64,000 nucleotides of DNA, taken from Clostridia bacterium. GTDB lineage: Bacteria; Bacillota; Clostridia; Oscillospirales; CAG-382. Below are positions 61,896-64,000 of the stretch, piece by piece (the stretch's first letter is position 1; each line of letters begins with the position of its first letter). The stretch is taken from assembly GCA_017429165.1 (NCBI GenBank), contig JAFRPL010000014.1, forward strand, positions 130,113 to 194,112, written 5' to 3'. Position numbers and translations under genes: made by a program. The notes under the pieces were generated by a model. The model saw only the letters and a program-made list of their open reading frames with translations, searched no databases and was not told where the DNA came from.

Positions 61896-62276
61896 TTATT
61901 CGGATTCCGTCGCCGAAATCGCATCTATTTCGATCAGCACTCCCCGGGGCAGCGCAGATGCTTCGATGCAGCTGCGCGCCGGCTTACCGGTGAAATATCC
62001 GGCGTAGACCCGGTTGAATTCGGCAAAGTCCGCCATATCCTTGAGAAAGCAAGTGGTCTTAACCGTTTTTTCAAGCGAGCTTCCCGCGCTTTCCAGCACG
62101 GCTTTAAGATTTTCGATCGCGCGTTCTGTCTGAGCGGCGATCCCTCCGGGAACGACGGCGCCCGTCCGGGGATCTACCGGGAGCTGCCCGGAAGAAAAAA
62201 CGAACTTTTCGGCTTTGACCGCCTGGGAATACGGTCCTGCCGCCGCCGGAGCGGAATCTGTGCTTATTATTTTCAT
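61896..62276 (-). CDS. ridA: RidA family reactive-intermediate deaminase
   Basis: N-terminus MKIISTDSAPAAAGPYSQAV...SGQLPVDP. 126 aa. Confidence 0.85.
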   Translation of the reverse strand: MKIISTDSAPAAAGPYSQAVKAEKFVFSSGQLPVDPRTGAVVPGGIAAQTERAIENLKAVLESAGSSLEKTVKTTCFLKDMADFAEFNRVYAGYFTGKPARSCIEASALPRGVLIEIDAISATESE

Positions 62277-62312
62277 AAATCCAATTCCTTTCGGGCGCAA
62301 AAACCCGCCGGT

Positions 62313-63248
62313 TCAGTCGGCGAACAGCTGAGTGGAAAGATATCTGTCACCGGTATCGGGAAGAAGGACGACTATCGTCTTCCCTTCGTTTTCCGGACGT
62401 TTTGCGAGTTGTATCGCAGCGTATGCGGCGGCGCCGGAAGATATGCCCACGAGCACGCCTTCGTTTTTACCTATGGCTTTTCCGGTTGCAAAAGCGTCTT
62501 CGTTGGAAACGGGGATTATTTCATCGTAAATACCGGTGTTGAGCACGTCAGGCACGAACCCCGCGCCGATACCCTGTATCTTATGCGGACCGGCGACGCC
62601 GGTGGAAAGCACGGCGGAACTGGCGGGTTCGACAGCCACTGCCTTGACCGCCGGATTCTTAGATTTGAGGTATTCGCCGACGCCGGTGAGCGTGCCGCCG
62701 GTACCTACGCCCGCTACGAAGATATCGACTTTGCCTTCGGTATCCTCCCAGATCTCGGGGCCGGTGTGCGCGCGGTGAGCGGCGGGATTGGCGGGGTTGA
62801 CGAACTGGCCGGGGATAAAGCTGCCGGGGATCGAAGCGGCGAGCTCTTCGGCTTTTGCAATGGCGCCTTTCATTCCCTTTGCGCCTTCGGTCAGCACTAT
62901 CTCGGCTCCGTACGCCTTGATGAGCTGGCGGCGTTCGACCGACATTGTTTCGGGCATGGTGAGGATGAGCCGGTATCCGCGCGCCGCGGCGACGGAAGCG
63001 AGGCCGATGCCGGTATTGCCGGAAGTAGGTTCTATAATGACCGAACCTTTTTTAAGCTTGCCGGACTTCTCGGCGTCGTCTATCATGGCTTTGGCGATAC
63101 GGTCCTTGACCGAGCCCGCCGGGTTGAAATATTCGAGCTTTGCGACAACTTTTGCTTTGAGTCCGTAAATCTGTTCTATATGAGTGAGTTCAAGAAGCGG
63201 TGTTTTGCCGATAAGCTGATCGGCGGAAGTATATATAGACATAGTCAT
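62313..63248 (-). CDS. cysK: Cysteine synthase A (O-acetylserine sulfhydrylase)
   Basis: Motifs [13 protein letters not shown]-lysine motif [11 protein letters not shown], and GTGGT. Confidence 0.9.
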   Translation of the reverse strand: MTMSIYTSADQLIGKTPLLELTHIEQIYGLKAKVVAKLEYFNPAGSVKDRIAKAMIDDAEKSGKLKKGSVIIEPTSGNTGIGLASVAAARGYRLILTMPETMSVERRQLIKAYGAEIVLTEGAKGMKGAIAKAEELAASIPGSFIPGQFVNPANPAAHRAHTGPEIWEDTEGKVDIFVAGVGTGGTLTGVGEYLKSKNPAVKAVAVEPASSAVLSTGVAGPHKIQGIGAGFVPDVLNTGIYDEIIPVSNEDAFATGKAIGKNEGVLVGISSGAAAYAAIQLAKRPENEGKTIVVLLPDTGDRYLSTQLFAD

Positions 63249-63297
63249 TATTCCTTTCTGATAAACGCATACGTGCGGCGAATGCCCTGCCGCGTTC

Positions 63298-64000
63298 TCA
63301 TTTTATCGCCTCGAACCCCTGCGCGAGGTCCGCGATGATATCGTCTATGTGCTCGGTACCTATGGAAAGCCGTATTGTCGTGGGCGTTATGCCGGAAGCG
63401 AGCAGTTCTTTTTCGTCGAGCTGGCTGTGCGTGGTCGACGCCGGATGGATGACGAGCGATTTGACGTCGGCGACGTTGGCGAGCAGCGAGAAGAGTTTGA
63501 GCTTTTCGGTGAACTTTTTGGCGTCTTCGGCGCTTCCTTTGAGCTCAAAGGTGAATATCGAAGCGGCGCCGTTGGGAAAATATTCGTCGTAAAGCTCTTT
63601 TTCACGTCCGGTCGAAAGAGACGGATGATTGACACGCGCGACCTGCGGATGCCCGTTCAGGAATTCCACGACTTTGAGCGCGTTCTGCACGTGGCGTTCC
63701 ACGCGGAGCGAAAGCGTCTCGAGTCCCTGCAAAAGCATGAAGGAATTGAACGGAGAGATCGCGGCGCCCTGGTCGCGAAGCAGCGTACAACGCATTTTGA
63801 CGATATATGCGAGATTCCCCGCCGCCTGCGTGAACACCACGCCGTGGTACGAGGGGTTGGGTTTGGAAAGCCCGGGGAATTTGTCGTTCTGCGCCCAGTC
63901 GAATCTGCCCGAATCCACTACGACGCCGCCCATGACGGTGCCGTGGCCGCCGATAAATTTGGTGGCGGAATGCACCACGACGTCGGCTCCGTATTCTATC
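63298..64000 (-). CDS. O-acetylhomoserine sulfhydrylase (MetY-type PLP enzyme), C-terminal part; the 5' end lies outside the window
   Basis: PLP-lysine context [21 protein letters not shown]. The C-terminal [16 protein letters not shown] is typical of the Cys/Met-metabolism PLP family. Confidence 0.85.
   Translation of the reverse strand, partial: IEYGADVVVHSATKFIGGHGTVMGGVVVDSGRFDWAQNDKFPGLSKPNPSYHGVVFTQAAGNLAYIVKMRCTLLRDQGAAISPFNSFMLLQGLETLSLRVERHVQNALKVVEFLNGHPQVARVNHPSLSTGREKELYDEYFPNGAASIFTFELKGSAEDAKKFTEKLKLFSLLANVADVKSLVIHPASTTHSQLDEKELLASGITPTTIRLSIGTEHIDDIIADLAQGFEAIK

Overview
This is a G+C-rich chromosomal segment from a spore-forming Firmicute. The best fit is Clostridia, Oscillospiraceae/Ruminococcaceae-like, based on gpr-spoIIP, dpaA-dpaB, a SPOCS/LysM coat-like gene and a type-I dockerin protein. 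I see no rRNA, CRISPR array, transposase or integrase, and one tRNA-Thr(CGU). Housekeeping genes I recognise are hslO, an M24 aminopeptidase, efp, a DUF1846 protein, an M3 oligoendopeptidase, type-III glutamine synthetase, pckA, and a metY-cysK-ridA-metA sulfur amino-acid operon. The accessory content is more interesting. (1) Three sigma-type gene pairs each have a single-pass membrane partner with a very different ectodomain: a vWA domain at 1713-3906, a threefold internal repeat at 14299-16724, and a 1755-aa alpha-2-macroglobulin-like protein at 38189-44016. The middle one is not a true sigma factor but an XRE-HTH fused to sigma region 4, and a phased TTAGC repeat array lies upstream of it. 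(2) A sigma-less partner-switching operon (45127-49372) encodes a STAS protein, a Cache/HAMP-PP2C phosphatase and a STAS/APH-like kinase/RsbW-like ATPase triple fusion. A MATE efflux pump with a C-terminal RsbW-like ATPase domain lies 3.7 kb downstream. (3) A cobalamin-riboswitch operon (20877-27099) encodes two surface DUF4430/transcobalamin-like proteins plus a complete ECF transporter. (4) Two SipW-type signal peptidases flank a PPQTG-anchored protein. Smaller oddities are a G8 tract inside a promoter spacer, a 13-Cys/11-Asp tail on a small efp-adjacent protein, and an A-B-A duplication of the pckA terminator. All functional calls come from motif recognition by eye. No database search was run.
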